From: Naegleria gruberi
Lineage: Eukaryota
Direction: 5' to 3' (one strand)
Assembly (NCBI GenBank): GCA_000004985.1
Contig: GG738884.1
DNA length: 64,000 bases
Shown piece after piece: positions 24,049-33,619 of this stretch (within the stretch, counting starts at the first letter, position 1; every line of letters starts with the position of its first letter). The notes beneath the pieces are model-generated. The model was not told where the DNA came from, did not search any database, and was given only the letters and a program-made list of their open reading frames with translations. The translations under genes were made by a program, and so were the position numbers.

Positions 24049-24801
24049 ATGTATCGACATTGTTCTGAATATGATCCTTTAAAAAAAATGTCATCACTGT
24101 TGGACCTCTTTGTTGAATATTGGCCATTTGTAACATTGATCGTTGGTAGTATTGGTTTACTACTCACTCTTCCTTCAATTGTTGGTAAATCTTCTGTTTT
24201 TCACTATTGGTATCTTCCATTATTCTTGTATCTGATTCACATGTTTGAAGAGCATGGAATTGATTTGTTGGGAAGAAGATTTGCTTTTCAAGCAGGGTTG
24301 TGTGCAATTTTGAAGAAGGTCTCCGGAAGTGATAGTTGTGCAGCAACTGAGCTTGTAATTTGTGTTGTGAATTGTGGAACTGTTGTCATTTTGACAACTT
24401 GTGCTGGATTGTGGAGACACACTGATAAATTTACTGGAGTAAAAGCAGGAGCAATTGGTGGAATTTTAATTAATGGACTTTCTCATATTCTCAAAGCTTT
24501 TGAAACCAAGTATGATCCAGGATTGTTGACAGCTGTCTTGTTTTTTATTCCATGCTCAGTTTGGCTCATGATTATTGAATCAAGAAAGAATGGAATTGTT
24601 AAGGTTGTCCTATTCAGTTTATTGATGGGAATTATTCTTCATGCTGTGTTGATTTCTTCACTCATTCTCTCAATGAAAGGTTTAATTGATACTTCTCTAT
24701 TACCAACCATTCAAATCATTAATGGTTTCCTTCCTCTCATGATTACAATATTACAGGGTGAGGCATCATCAATTTCTGAAAGAAAAACCAAAACTAATTA
24801 G
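24049..24801 (+). CDS. HXXEE-domain-like polytopic membrane protein (250 aa)
   Basis: ATG at 24049, with at least six hydrophobic helices. The HMFEEHG motif after helix 2 matches the HXXEE family signature. Confidence 0.45.
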   Translation: MYRHCSEYDPLKKMSSLLDLFVEYWPFVTLIVGSIGLLLTLPSIVGKSSVFHYWYLPLFLYLIHMFEEHGIDLLGRRFAFQAGLCAILKKVSGSDSCAATELVICVVNCGTVVILTTCAGLWRHTDKFTGVKAGAIGGILINGLSHILKAFETKYDPGLLTAVLFFIPCSVWLMIIESRKNGIVKVVLFSLLMGIILHAVLISSLILSMKGLIDTSLLPTIQIINGFLPLMITILQGEASSISERKTKTN

Positions 24802-24814
24802 TTCTCAAACTATT

Positions 24815-24880
24815 TTACAGTTTTTATTTACAAATAAAACTAAACTATTGGAATAATCCATTATCTATTTACAACATGTG
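24815..24880. repeat. copy A of a dispersed ~45-bp motif (TATTTACAAATAAA...CTATTGG...ATTATCTATTTACA)
   Basis: It lies in the convergent 3' intergenic region between the HXXEE gene and the 24979..26232 gene. A second copy is at 26375..26440. Confidence 0.35.
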
Positions 24881-24978
24881 AATCGTAATTTTTGTCATAA
24901 GTTGAATTGTTTGGGTTATTATTTTACAACCAGAGAGAACAAAAGCTTATTGTTGAATAACGTTGATTGGTGGTGATT

Positions 24979-26232
24979 TTACAATTCGAGGTATTCTTTT
25001 AATCTAGCTAACCTATTATCTTCAATATTTACATCTAACAATTTCAATAAATCCTCAAGAATCAATTTTTTGTATACGTCTTTGAATAGAGGATGATGAA
25101 CAGAGACAGAATAGTTATAAGCTAAACCTGTTGGAGATTTACAGGTACAAAAGTACCACTTGTTCTGAAGCTCATTCCAATCAGACCACTGAATTTTCTC
25201 CTCTTTCAAGTGTTGTTTGAGATTCTTCAAACAATGTTGACACTTAATAAATTCACCTCCAAAATGAACTCCATGGAATTCTACAAGTGTGTAAGCACCA
25301 ATTTGAATTTTTTGGCATTGACAAGATTGTAAACAACCACCTGATGATCCATTCATAACACTCTCATTTGAAATAATAAAGTTGGAGTTTTCTGTCGTTA
25401 ATACCAAATCATCATGTTCAACCCATTCAATTTTGCCATTTTGAACTTTTTCAGTGTAAGGTGCAAGTACTTTTCCTGTAGAAACACATAACCTCCCAAA
25501 ATTGTGAAACACGTTTCTAGCCATATCATCACAAGGTGCCCATTCTTGGTATTCCTGATGCTGTGAAACGGAGGTTGAAAATTTAGTTCCTTCAATGCCT
25601 GGAAAATGTGTTGTGAAAATATCATCGTCAATTTGGAGTACAGTTGGACATGGAATGAATAAAACCTTTGGCCATTCATGCGATACTTTACAAGTCAATT
25701 TATGGATTGAAATATCCAAATAATTGAAATTGCCTATTGAGCTGGATATTGGGTCTTGATATTCCTGTTGAAACGATGGAAAAAGTTCTTCTTGTTTTTG
25801 CATGAGTTTCCACCCCTTTTCTCTAATTAGAGAAGCACCTGTATATATAACACTCTCCTCTTTTGGAAGTGTAAAATTGGTTGTTGCTTTTGCAAGTTGT
25901 CCAGTGAAAAATGTAGGTGGAGATGGATAGGATATGTGTTGATTTGTAATTACTTGTTGAGGAAGAATGTAGAAACCTGTACCAACAGCCGAAACAGTTA
26001 GAACCCTTGTCATACTCTTTTTTGTTAGTAATATCAACTCCTTAATAGAGTTTAATTTGTCAAGCCTTGAGTGAGAATATTTCAAATTGGTTGGTGGTAT
26101 AATTTGAGCATCTTCATCTACCAAGAAAACGTTCCAGTAAACATCGTGAAAATGCTCCTTTGTTGAAACTGCAACATCACCTTGTTCCGATTGAGGCACC
26201 ACAACTTCCAACACTTGCCTTACAAACCGCAT
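24979..26232 (-). CDS. hypothetical protein (417 aa) with a trypsin-like (Trypsin_2/DegP-like) peptidase segment
   Basis: ATG at 26232. SAVGTGFYILPQQVITNQH fits the GSGF..ILTNAHV pattern, with a later NGSSGG (GNSGG-like). The C-terminal half is Cys/His-rich. The product call is tentative. Confidence 0.4.
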   Translation of the reverse strand: MRFVRQVLEVVVPQSEQGDVAVSTKEHFHDVYWNVFLVDEDAQIIPPTNLKYSHSRLDKLNSIKELILLTKKSMTRVLTVSAVGTGFYILPQQVITNQHISYPSPPTFFTGQLAKATTNFTLPKEESVIYTGASLIREKGWKLMQKQEELFPSFQQEYQDPISSSIGNFNYLDISIHKLTCKVSHEWPKVLFIPCPTVLQIDDDIFTTHFPGIEGTKFSTSVSQHQEYQEWAPCDDMARNVFHNFGRLCVSTGKVLAPYTEKVQNGKIEWVEHDDLVLTTENSNFIISNESVMNGSSGGCLQSCQCQKIQIGAYTLVEFHGVHFGGEFIKCQHCLKNLKQHLKEEKIQWSDWNELQNKWYFCTCKSPTGLAYNYSVSVHHPLFKDVYKKLILEDLLKLLDVNIEDNRLARLKEYLEL

Positions 26233-26374
26233 TTTTTTTGGAAGTTTTCTTTAAGTTAAAACTTCTTAGTCCCTAGGCCAATTAAATAGTGATGATTTTA
26301 ATGAAAATTTTTAACCTCTCCATATTTAAATGACTGATTTCTGCAAACACTATGATTTTTTTTGGATTTTATTA

Positions 26375-26440
26375 ACTATTTACAATATTTATTTACAAAT
26401 AAACTATTGGCATTATCTATTTACACAACATTAACAAGGA
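26375..26440. repeat. copy B of the dispersed ~45-bp motif
   Basis: atttacaatatttatttacaaataaactattggcattatctatttacacaaca shares three blocks with 24815..24880. It lies between the start of the 24979..26232 gene and the 3' end of the 26450..26920 gene. Confidence 0.35.
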
Positions 26441-26449
26441 TTGATACAT

Positions 26450-26920
26450 TTACAAGGTAAAGATTTGCTTCTCGAGTTGCTTATTCATACTAGCACATTC
26501 ATCAGCCAATTCACAGTCAAGGACTCTTAAAAATCTATTATCATATTCTTGTTTGCGATCACCAGCATTTCTCAAATACTGTTGAACTCTAAGATTACAT
26601 TCAAATATTCTGTGAGCTGTTTCCTTTTCCATTTGAATGGAATAGCTTTCTAAATCGTTTCTGTATTGACCAATGATACTCTTTAATTGTGGATCCAAAT
26701 CAGAGAGTTTGATCAATCTGGCAAATAAACTATTAGCTTTGGAATCCCTTGTATCACATGTTGTATTTTCAAGATCAGCAGTTACAGATACTTCTTGTTC
26801 AACAAAACTCTCTTGTTGTTGTAATCTAAACATTGATTGTTGGTGATACCTCTTCATAACCATCAGCGATGGGATAGGAAAATTCTTCTTAATACTTCTT
26901 CTCATTAATGTGCTTAACAT
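26450..26920 (-). CDS. hypothetical protein (156 aa)
   Basis: ATG at 26920, single ORF, no recognised domain. Confidence 0.35.
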   Translation of the reverse strand: MLSTLMRRSIKKNFPIPSLMVMKRYHQQSMFRLQQQESFVEQEVSVTADLENTTCDTRDSKANSLFARLIKLSDLDPQLKSIIGQYRNDLESYSIQMEKETAHRIFECNLRVQQYLRNAGDRKQEYDNRFLRVLDCELADECASMNKQLEKQIFTL

Positions 26921-27286
26921 CTTAGTTTTTGATTTTAATATTGTTTTGTTTTTTTCTTGTTGTAAATTAATTGATCACACTGAGAATGAGGCGAATATTT
27001 ATAGCTTAGTTGATCACAAGAGAGATTGGTTCTTGTATGGAACAGCTTTTAAACTCATCTCTTGGTGTGATTCACATGGCGAAAAAAGCCTTTGAGATCA
27101 ACTCTCTTACTTGTGATGGAGATAAACTTTGGATAATTTTTTTGAATAAGCCGAGAGCTAGTTATTAATGGCGGGAAAGGAATTGAAGTTCATACTCAAC
27201 ATTGATCCACTTGGAGTTTGAATGAAATTTTGAATTTGAATGTTTGCCGCCAAAATTTAAACCATGTTATCCAAGCTATAAATAAA

Positions 27287-28345
27287 ATGATAAAACAAAA
27301 TATCATCACACAATCAGCGTTTCATCTTTTGAAACAGCACAACAAATATCATTATTTTAATAATTTATTATTCGGAATGAGTCAGCAGGCGAACAACAAA
27401 TTTTATAGTGTAAAATCGGAACAAGTTTATACAACAAATAGGATCAAGAGATTTGAAAGGACTCTGACGGAACCGAATCAATTTTCTGTTTACTCACAGA
27501 ATTTGTTGGCCGGGTATTGGACCGATTTGGATAGATATTATTTTGTGGAGGAACCTAAGGAGGAACATTATGAATGGAGTGGGAGAGTAAAGAAACTTTT
27601 GAGAGATTTCACCATTCATCAACCTGACATTTTATGTCTGCAAGAAGTAGAATTGGCTTGTTTTGAAAAGGACGTTTTGGAACCTTTGCAGAAAGTAGAC
27701 GAAAGTTATAGAGGTGTAGCACAGAAAAAACTTGGAGATTTCCCAGTCGGAGTTGGGTGTATCTTTAAAGAAAGCGTTTTTGAATTGGTAGAAGTTTTTG
27801 AAAGAAGTTCTGTAATTATTTTGGTATTGAAATTTAAAGCAAATGATACACTGATATATGTGTCATCTTGCCATTTGATGGGAGATCCACGAAAACCTCA
27901 AACACGTATCAACCAACTCAAATCTTATTTCAAACATCTCAAAAATTATCAGAAGGGAAAGGATCATCCTGTAATTGTAGCTGGGGACTTTAACACAGAA
28001 CCAAACTCTGCTACGTATGATTATGTAGTGAATGGATTCCTCAAAGGTAAATCTGAGGAGAATGATGTTATCGCAACTGATACTGATATCAAGCACACAT
28101 TCAAATTAAAAAGTGCATATAAGGAAATTAATGGCAAGGAACCTGAAATGACATTGAGAACAATTAACAGCTCACTAACCTGTGATTATCTTTTCTACAC
28201 TAATGAATCTCTAAAGCTCAATAATGTAATGTCTCTTTACGAAAATGGAGATAAGACACACATGGAACGTTTAGGCTTGCCAAACTCAAAATATGGATCA
28301 GACCACTTGGGATTACAAGCACATTTTACGATTACAAAGCAATAA
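27287..28345 (+). CDS. endonuclease/exonuclease/phosphatase (EEP) family protein, similar to CCR4, angel, nocturnin or PDE12
   Basis: ORF 27218..28345; the first ATG is at 27287. EEP motifs are DILCLQEVE, VIVAGDFNTEPNSATYDYV and the C-terminal GSDHLGLQAHF. Confidence 0.65.
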   Translation: MIKQNIITQSAFHLLKQHNKYHYFNNLLFGMSQQANNKFYSVKSEQVYTTNRIKRFERTLTEPNQFSVYSQNLLAGYWTDLDRYYFVEEPKEEHYEWSGRVKKLLRDFTIHQPDILCLQEVELACFEKDVLEPLQKVDESYRGVAQKKLGDFPVGVGCIFKESVFELVEVFERSSVIILVLKFKANDTLIYVSSCHLMGDPRKPQTRINQLKSYFKHLKNYQKGKDHPVIVAGDFNTEPNSATYDYVVNGFLKGKSEENDVIATDTDIKHTFKLKSAYKEINGKEPEMTLRTINSSLTCDYLFYTNESLKLNNVMSLYENGDKTHMERLGLPNSKYGSDHLGLQAHFTITKQ

Positions 28346-28589
28346 TAAATTGTAATTTGAGGAAAATTGGCAACAAATGAATGAAACCTCCTAAAATCTG
28401 TAACACAGTGTAGTTGAGTAACAACCTTTGTGAAGTAGAAGTTCACATTAGTGTTCGCCAAGTTTCGGTTAACACTCCAAACAAACATCAATCGGAGAGT
28501 GCAAGCAAAGATGATATGATTGGTTCAATAGTAAACTACCTCCCAAAAAGTACACAAAAACAATTTAAATCCCATTGATTCACACCAAC

Positions 28590-31500
28590 ATGATCCGAAC
28601 TCAAAAAAAAACACAAAAGATGACAGGCCAGCAGGTCTGTATTGGAAGAAGTCTTTCCTCTGAAGGCTACTTGATGTTGTTGACATTGATGGTAGCTATA
28701 GTTTGTCTCTCTCAAATCTCTTCAGTTTCTGGAATTACATTCTACGCCAGTATCGATTGTGGTCCTCATGGAAATTGTAGTGGCTACGCATGCCAATGTG
28801 AAAGTGGTTATATTGGCCCTCATTGTGAATATCAATGTAATGATACGGAATGTAATGGTCATGGAAAGTGCAACCCATCTTATAGTGGTTCATATGGTAG
28901 TAGTTTTTGTAAGTTTCACACATGTGCTTTTTTACAATAATATAATTACATGCGTAATTTGTTCTTTTTTTACAATAATATGATTACATATATGTAATTT
29001 GTTCATGATACAGGTAATTGTGATAAGGGTTATGGTGGCGTGAATTGTTCACAAAAGTTCGATTGTTCTTCATTGAATAATTGCTCAGCTCATGGTTATT
29101 GTTCCTACGACAATTATTGTACATGTGACTATGAGTGGACTGCTGCCAATTGTTCCCTTCCAATCACTTGTAATAAGGTCAATAATTGCTCAGGTCATGG
29201 TTATTGTTCTGGTTATCAAGCTTGTAGTTGCTCTCAAGGATGGACTGGTGCTGATTGTAATTCCGTTTACAATTGTTCACTTCTTAATAATTGCAATGGA
29301 AGAGGTATTTGTTCTGCTGATAATTATTGCTATTGTAATTCCCAAAGTGGTTATTATGGTGTCGATTGTACTACACCATACAATTGTTCAGCTTTGAATA
29401 ATTGTTCAAGTCATGGTGTCTGTACAAATAACGACTATTGTACTTGTAGTGCTGGTTATTATGGAACTAATTGTTCATTGAAATATGAGTGTGTATCCAA
29501 TGATGAATGTGGATTTCCAAATGGTAATTGTATGATGGGCTCTTGTTCTTGTGTTTTTGGTTGGGGAGGTGAAAAATGTCAAAAGATGATTTGTCCAAAC
29601 AATTGTAATAATCATGGCAATTGTTCTTCACCTGGTTCCTGTACTTGTGATAATGGATGGCTTGGTTCTGAATGTTCTTACTCATGTTCTGGTATTGGAG
29701 GTTGTGGTATTAATGGATATTGTGCCAATAATAATTCCTGCGTTTGTTATCCAGGTTGGCAAGGTGTCAATTGTAATATTGCAAAATCTCCAAATTGTAC
29801 TGCTTTTAATAATTGTTCAGGAAATGGTGATTGCATAAGTAGTTATGGAGGAGATGATTACTGCTCATGCTACCAAACTTATTATGGAGACAAGTGTGAT
29901 CTCAAGTACAATTGTAGCTCTTTAAATAATTGCTCAGGTCATGGTGTCTGTACAAATATCAACTATTGTACATGTGAAGCTGGTTTTGGTGGAAAGGACT
30001 GTTCTTCAAAGCCAAACTGTACTTCTTTGAATAACTGCAGTGGTCATGGCGTGTGTACTTATGATGACTATTGTATTTGTAATCTTAATTATGGAAATGC
30101 TGATTGCTCAGTTTACAATCCTCCAATTTGTCCAAATAATTGCTCTGGTAATGGTACATGCAATCAATATAGCTCTTGTGATTGTAAGGAAGGATATTGG
30201 GGATATGATTGCACAATTACTTGTCCAAAAACAAAGAATTGTAACAGTCATGGTTTTTGTTATGCTCAAGACCAATGCTCTTGTAATGTTGGTTGGATGG
30301 GAGAAGATTGCTCAGTTCCAGAACCAAATTGCAATGCTGTTAAGAATTGTTCCTATCATGGTGTTTGTATAGAAAACAATGTTTGTGCATGCTATACTGG
30401 TTATGATGGTTTAACTTGTGCTGACTATTCATGTAGAAACGTTTCAAATTGTAATGGGCATGGCTCATGCGTTGGGGTTGATACTTGCCAGTGTAAGAGT
30501 GGTTGGAGAGGAAACTCAGATTGTTCTGCCTTCTCTTGTGAAGCTGTTAATAATTGTACTGGATTGGGAAGCTGCATTGGTCAAAATCAATGTTCAGGAA
30601 ATCCATCAATCAAGTGTTATGGAGTTGTTTCAACCAGTGGTTCTGTATGTAGTGGTAAGGGTACTTGTGTTGGAACTGATAGTTGTCAATGTGTTAGTGG
30701 AGCTTTTGGATCTAATTGTAATTCATTTGCTAGAATTCCATCTAGCCAATTGGTTATTAACTCTGTCAATTTCGAGTCTGTCATTTCAATTCCAGTAACT
30801 TTGACTGGTCCAAGTACCTACACATTCAAATGGAAACAAGTTGGTGGATCTCCTTCATTGCAACTCTCTACAATTGCTGTGGGAGGTATTGTCAATGGAC
30901 CTGGTTTGTACATTAACGCAAATTCTGAAACATTCAACAATGGAATGGTTGCTGGTGAAACTTACACCTTCCAAGTTAATATTACTAGAGCTGATGGATA
31001 CTCTACCGTTTTGGAATCAAGCGTTCAAGTTGGTTTGAGTCCAGTGTTGAAAGCCACAATAGTCAATCCATCTGATAACTCACAAACTGGTGTTGCTGTT
31101 ACTACCAAATTTACTGCTACTATTCAAGAATCCTATGATCCAAATGATTCTGAAGCTACATTAATGTACGGATATGGTTTCTACACTGAAAGTGGTTTGA
31201 AGGTTGTCTCTGTTTATTCTTCATCCAAGCAAACTAATTTAACGCTCCCATATCAAACTGGTGGCTCCGTTACTGCCTTTGTATACGTCATCAATGCACA
31301 AACTGGTAATCAAAAGGAACTCAAGTTCTCAATGAATGTTTCAAATCCAACAAGTGGAAAGTCAGCCTCAGAAGTCAATTCATTTGTTCAAAATCTTGTT
31401 ACTTCAGATGCTTCGGTTTCTCAATTGTCCATAGCTGTTCAATTGTTGACCACCTCACCATCCAGTGATCCAACTGTTGTTCAACAACGTACCGATATCA

Positions 31501-32447
31501 AGCAACAAGTTATTACAACTCTCGTTTCTAAACCAGTAACAACTAGTGCTGAAAGAGACACTTTGTTGACAGTTCTTGTTTCAACTACTCAATCAGCCAA
31601 CGAAGTATCAACTACATCAGTTACAAAGACTTTGGATTTCTTAGTTTCCCAACCATCATTGGCTCAAAACTTCAATCCATCCCAACTTGGTCAACTTGCC
31701 TCTCAAATTTTGTCAACAGCTGTTTTTAATTCGACCAGTATCTCAACTTCCACCACAAGTAAACAAGTTAGAACCATCATCGATGCTGCCATGACTGCCA
31801 CAGCCTCAAACTTGGCTGCTGGACAAAGTGCTGTCAAGACATTTGGTAACATTGTTGCTGTCGTTTCAAGTAATACTCTTGATAATTTACAACCAACAAT
31901 CCCAACTAATTCAATTAGCTCAGTGGGTATTAAATCAATTTCTCTCCCAACTGCTAGTTTACAAAGTTTATTCACCAACTCTGGTCTTCCATCAAGCACT
32001 TTAGTTTCCTTATCACTTTCAACGGCTCCACTCTCAATGTACTCCTTCACTCAAACTAAACTAGCCTCAACTCTTGCCAGAATCGCCTTAATTAATTCCA
32101 ACAGTGCCTCTGCTATAGCTGTTGCCAATTTGACATTACCAATTGAATTCAATCTCCAACTTGGTGGTCCTGTAGAAAATGGAAAGACACCAAAATGCAA
32201 ATACTTTAACGAAGTTTCTAATTCCTTCACCACTGATGGCATTGAAACTATTGTCATCTCTTCAAGTGAAATCAAGTGTAGAGTTACTCACTTGACTGAT
32301 TTTGCAATTGTTCCAGAAACAAGTGGAACACCAACAAGTTCTGGTTCAGTGGTCAAGCCAAAGGATACTATTTCAGAAGGAAGTTCAGTTTCTGCAACTC
32401 TTGTTACATTATTAGTTGCTATTTTCTCAATGTTTTTCATGTTTTAA
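28590..32447 (+). CDS. large cell-surface protein: signal peptide, about 18 tandem tenascin/EGF-like Cys repeats, a Ser/Thr-rich stalk, a GPS (GAIN-type autoproteolysis) motif and a C-terminal hydrophobic anchor
   Basis: Exons 28590..28908 and 29014..32447. The intron 28909..29013 runs GTAAGT...ATACAG (phase 1). A repeat unit of about 36 aa, C.S.LNNCSGHG.C...YC.C..G..G.DC, recurs from about 28740 to 30720. The GPS consensus KCKYFNEVSNSFTTDGIETIVISSSEIKCRVTHLTDFAIV sits at about 32195-32315. The C-terminus is VSATLVTLLVAIFSMFFMF. Confidence 0.7.
28925..29010. repeat. tandem ~42-bp duplication inside intron 1 of the EGF-repeat gene
   Basis: ttttttacaataatataattacatgcgtaatttgttc is followed by tttttttacaataatatgattacatatatgtaatttgttc. 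Confidence 0.4.
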
Positions 32448-32553
32448 AACATTCACTTATAAATAAAAATATAATAAATTGTAATAACATTATTTGAACT
32501 GCGAACAAGTTTACAATTAAATTAGGAACTTGAAAAAAATCAATCAAAAAAAA

Positions 32554-33595
32554 ATGCAGCAAGCAATTTCGCACGATTTGATAACAGCAGAAAGTAGAGG
32601 AGTGATTTTGGATGTCAATGAAACATCCTCTCCCTCACAAATTACAATTCAAGATGATTCCAATGATTATACTAAAATTGATTTGAAAATTGAAACCAAG
32701 TCCGATAGTCAATTAGTTCGTTTTGTAGTTTTATCGGATACTCATAGATGTCAGGGTATTTACGACTATTGGTATGATGAGAAAAATAGAAGAGATAGTT
32801 TGGATTCCATTGAGGAAAAAGAGAATAGAGAATTTATCAAATTACCGAAAGGAGATTATTTGTTACATTGTGGAGATTTTACAAATTATTGTTTACCGAG
32901 TAGGTTTGAAAAGTTTTTAGTGGAATTCTCACACAAAAAGATGAATTGAGTGAATTTAATACATTTCTTGGAAAAATTAAACATCGTTACAAACAAATTA
33001 TTGTAATTCCTGGAAATGTAAGTGAATGCTGAAATATTTTGATATTTACAATTTGACTATTTAAACAGCATGAATTTGTAGGTATTTTTGAAAAATTAAA
33101 ATGTTTAGATGACTCTATTAGTGTGCTGATATGTGTTCTTTATTTTTGTACAATGCAACTGTATTGTTGAATGATTTTTTAGAGCTAGAAGATGGGAAGA
33201 TTACAATATTTGGATCAAGATTTAAATCATTTTGGATGAATTGGAAAATGACTGGATATGACTCTGACGCACAAAGTGACTGGTCAACTCTGACAAAACC
33301 AGTTCTCAAAGGTGAAAAAAAAGTTGACATTCTCATGACTCATCAACCACCTTATTTCAAGGAAATTTCAAATAGATTTTTCAGACGTGGAAGTAAATCT
33401 CTTAGAGAGGCCATAGAAACTGTCAAGCCAACCATAAACTTGTTCGGCCACAATCACGATATTTATGGAGTAAAGTATTCGTCAGATTATGATTTGAAAA
33501 ATCAAATTGACACAACCTTTATAAGTGCTTGCTCTTTGGATTCCCATGAAAACGCAAGAAAAGTAATAGTATTCGATTATCCAATAAATAAATAA
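32554..33595 (+). CDS. MPPED1/2-like metallophosphoesterase (calcineurin-like phosphoesterase), four exons including a putative 9-nt micro-exon
   Basis: Exons 32554..32899, 32941..33017, 33069..33077 (CATGAATTT) and 33122..33595. Intron 1 is 32900..32940 (GTAGGT...CAAAAAG). Intron 2 is 33018..33068 (GTAAGT...AAACAG). Intron 3 is 33078..33121 (GTAGGT...TATTAG). The MPP motifs are VVLSDTH, HCGDFTNY, IVIPGNHEF, ILMTHQPP and GHNHD. An alternative model for the third junction uses a weak GTGTGC donor at 33121 and an acceptor at 33182. Both models stay in frame. Confidence 0.6.
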
Positions 33596-33619
33596 TAATA
33601 CAATAATTTACAATTTATC

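Noticed and set aside
29092-30798. ORFs at 29092..29397, 29467..29685 (minus), 29614..29838, 30040..30372, 30418..30798, 30841..31038 and 31703..32275 (minus) inside the EGF-repeat gene.
   Set aside because: They are alternate-frame or antisense artefacts of a long, compositionally repetitive exon (TGT, GGT, AAT codons) and are hydrophobic junk (I/V/L-rich). The sense frame carries a perfectly periodic cysteine pattern.
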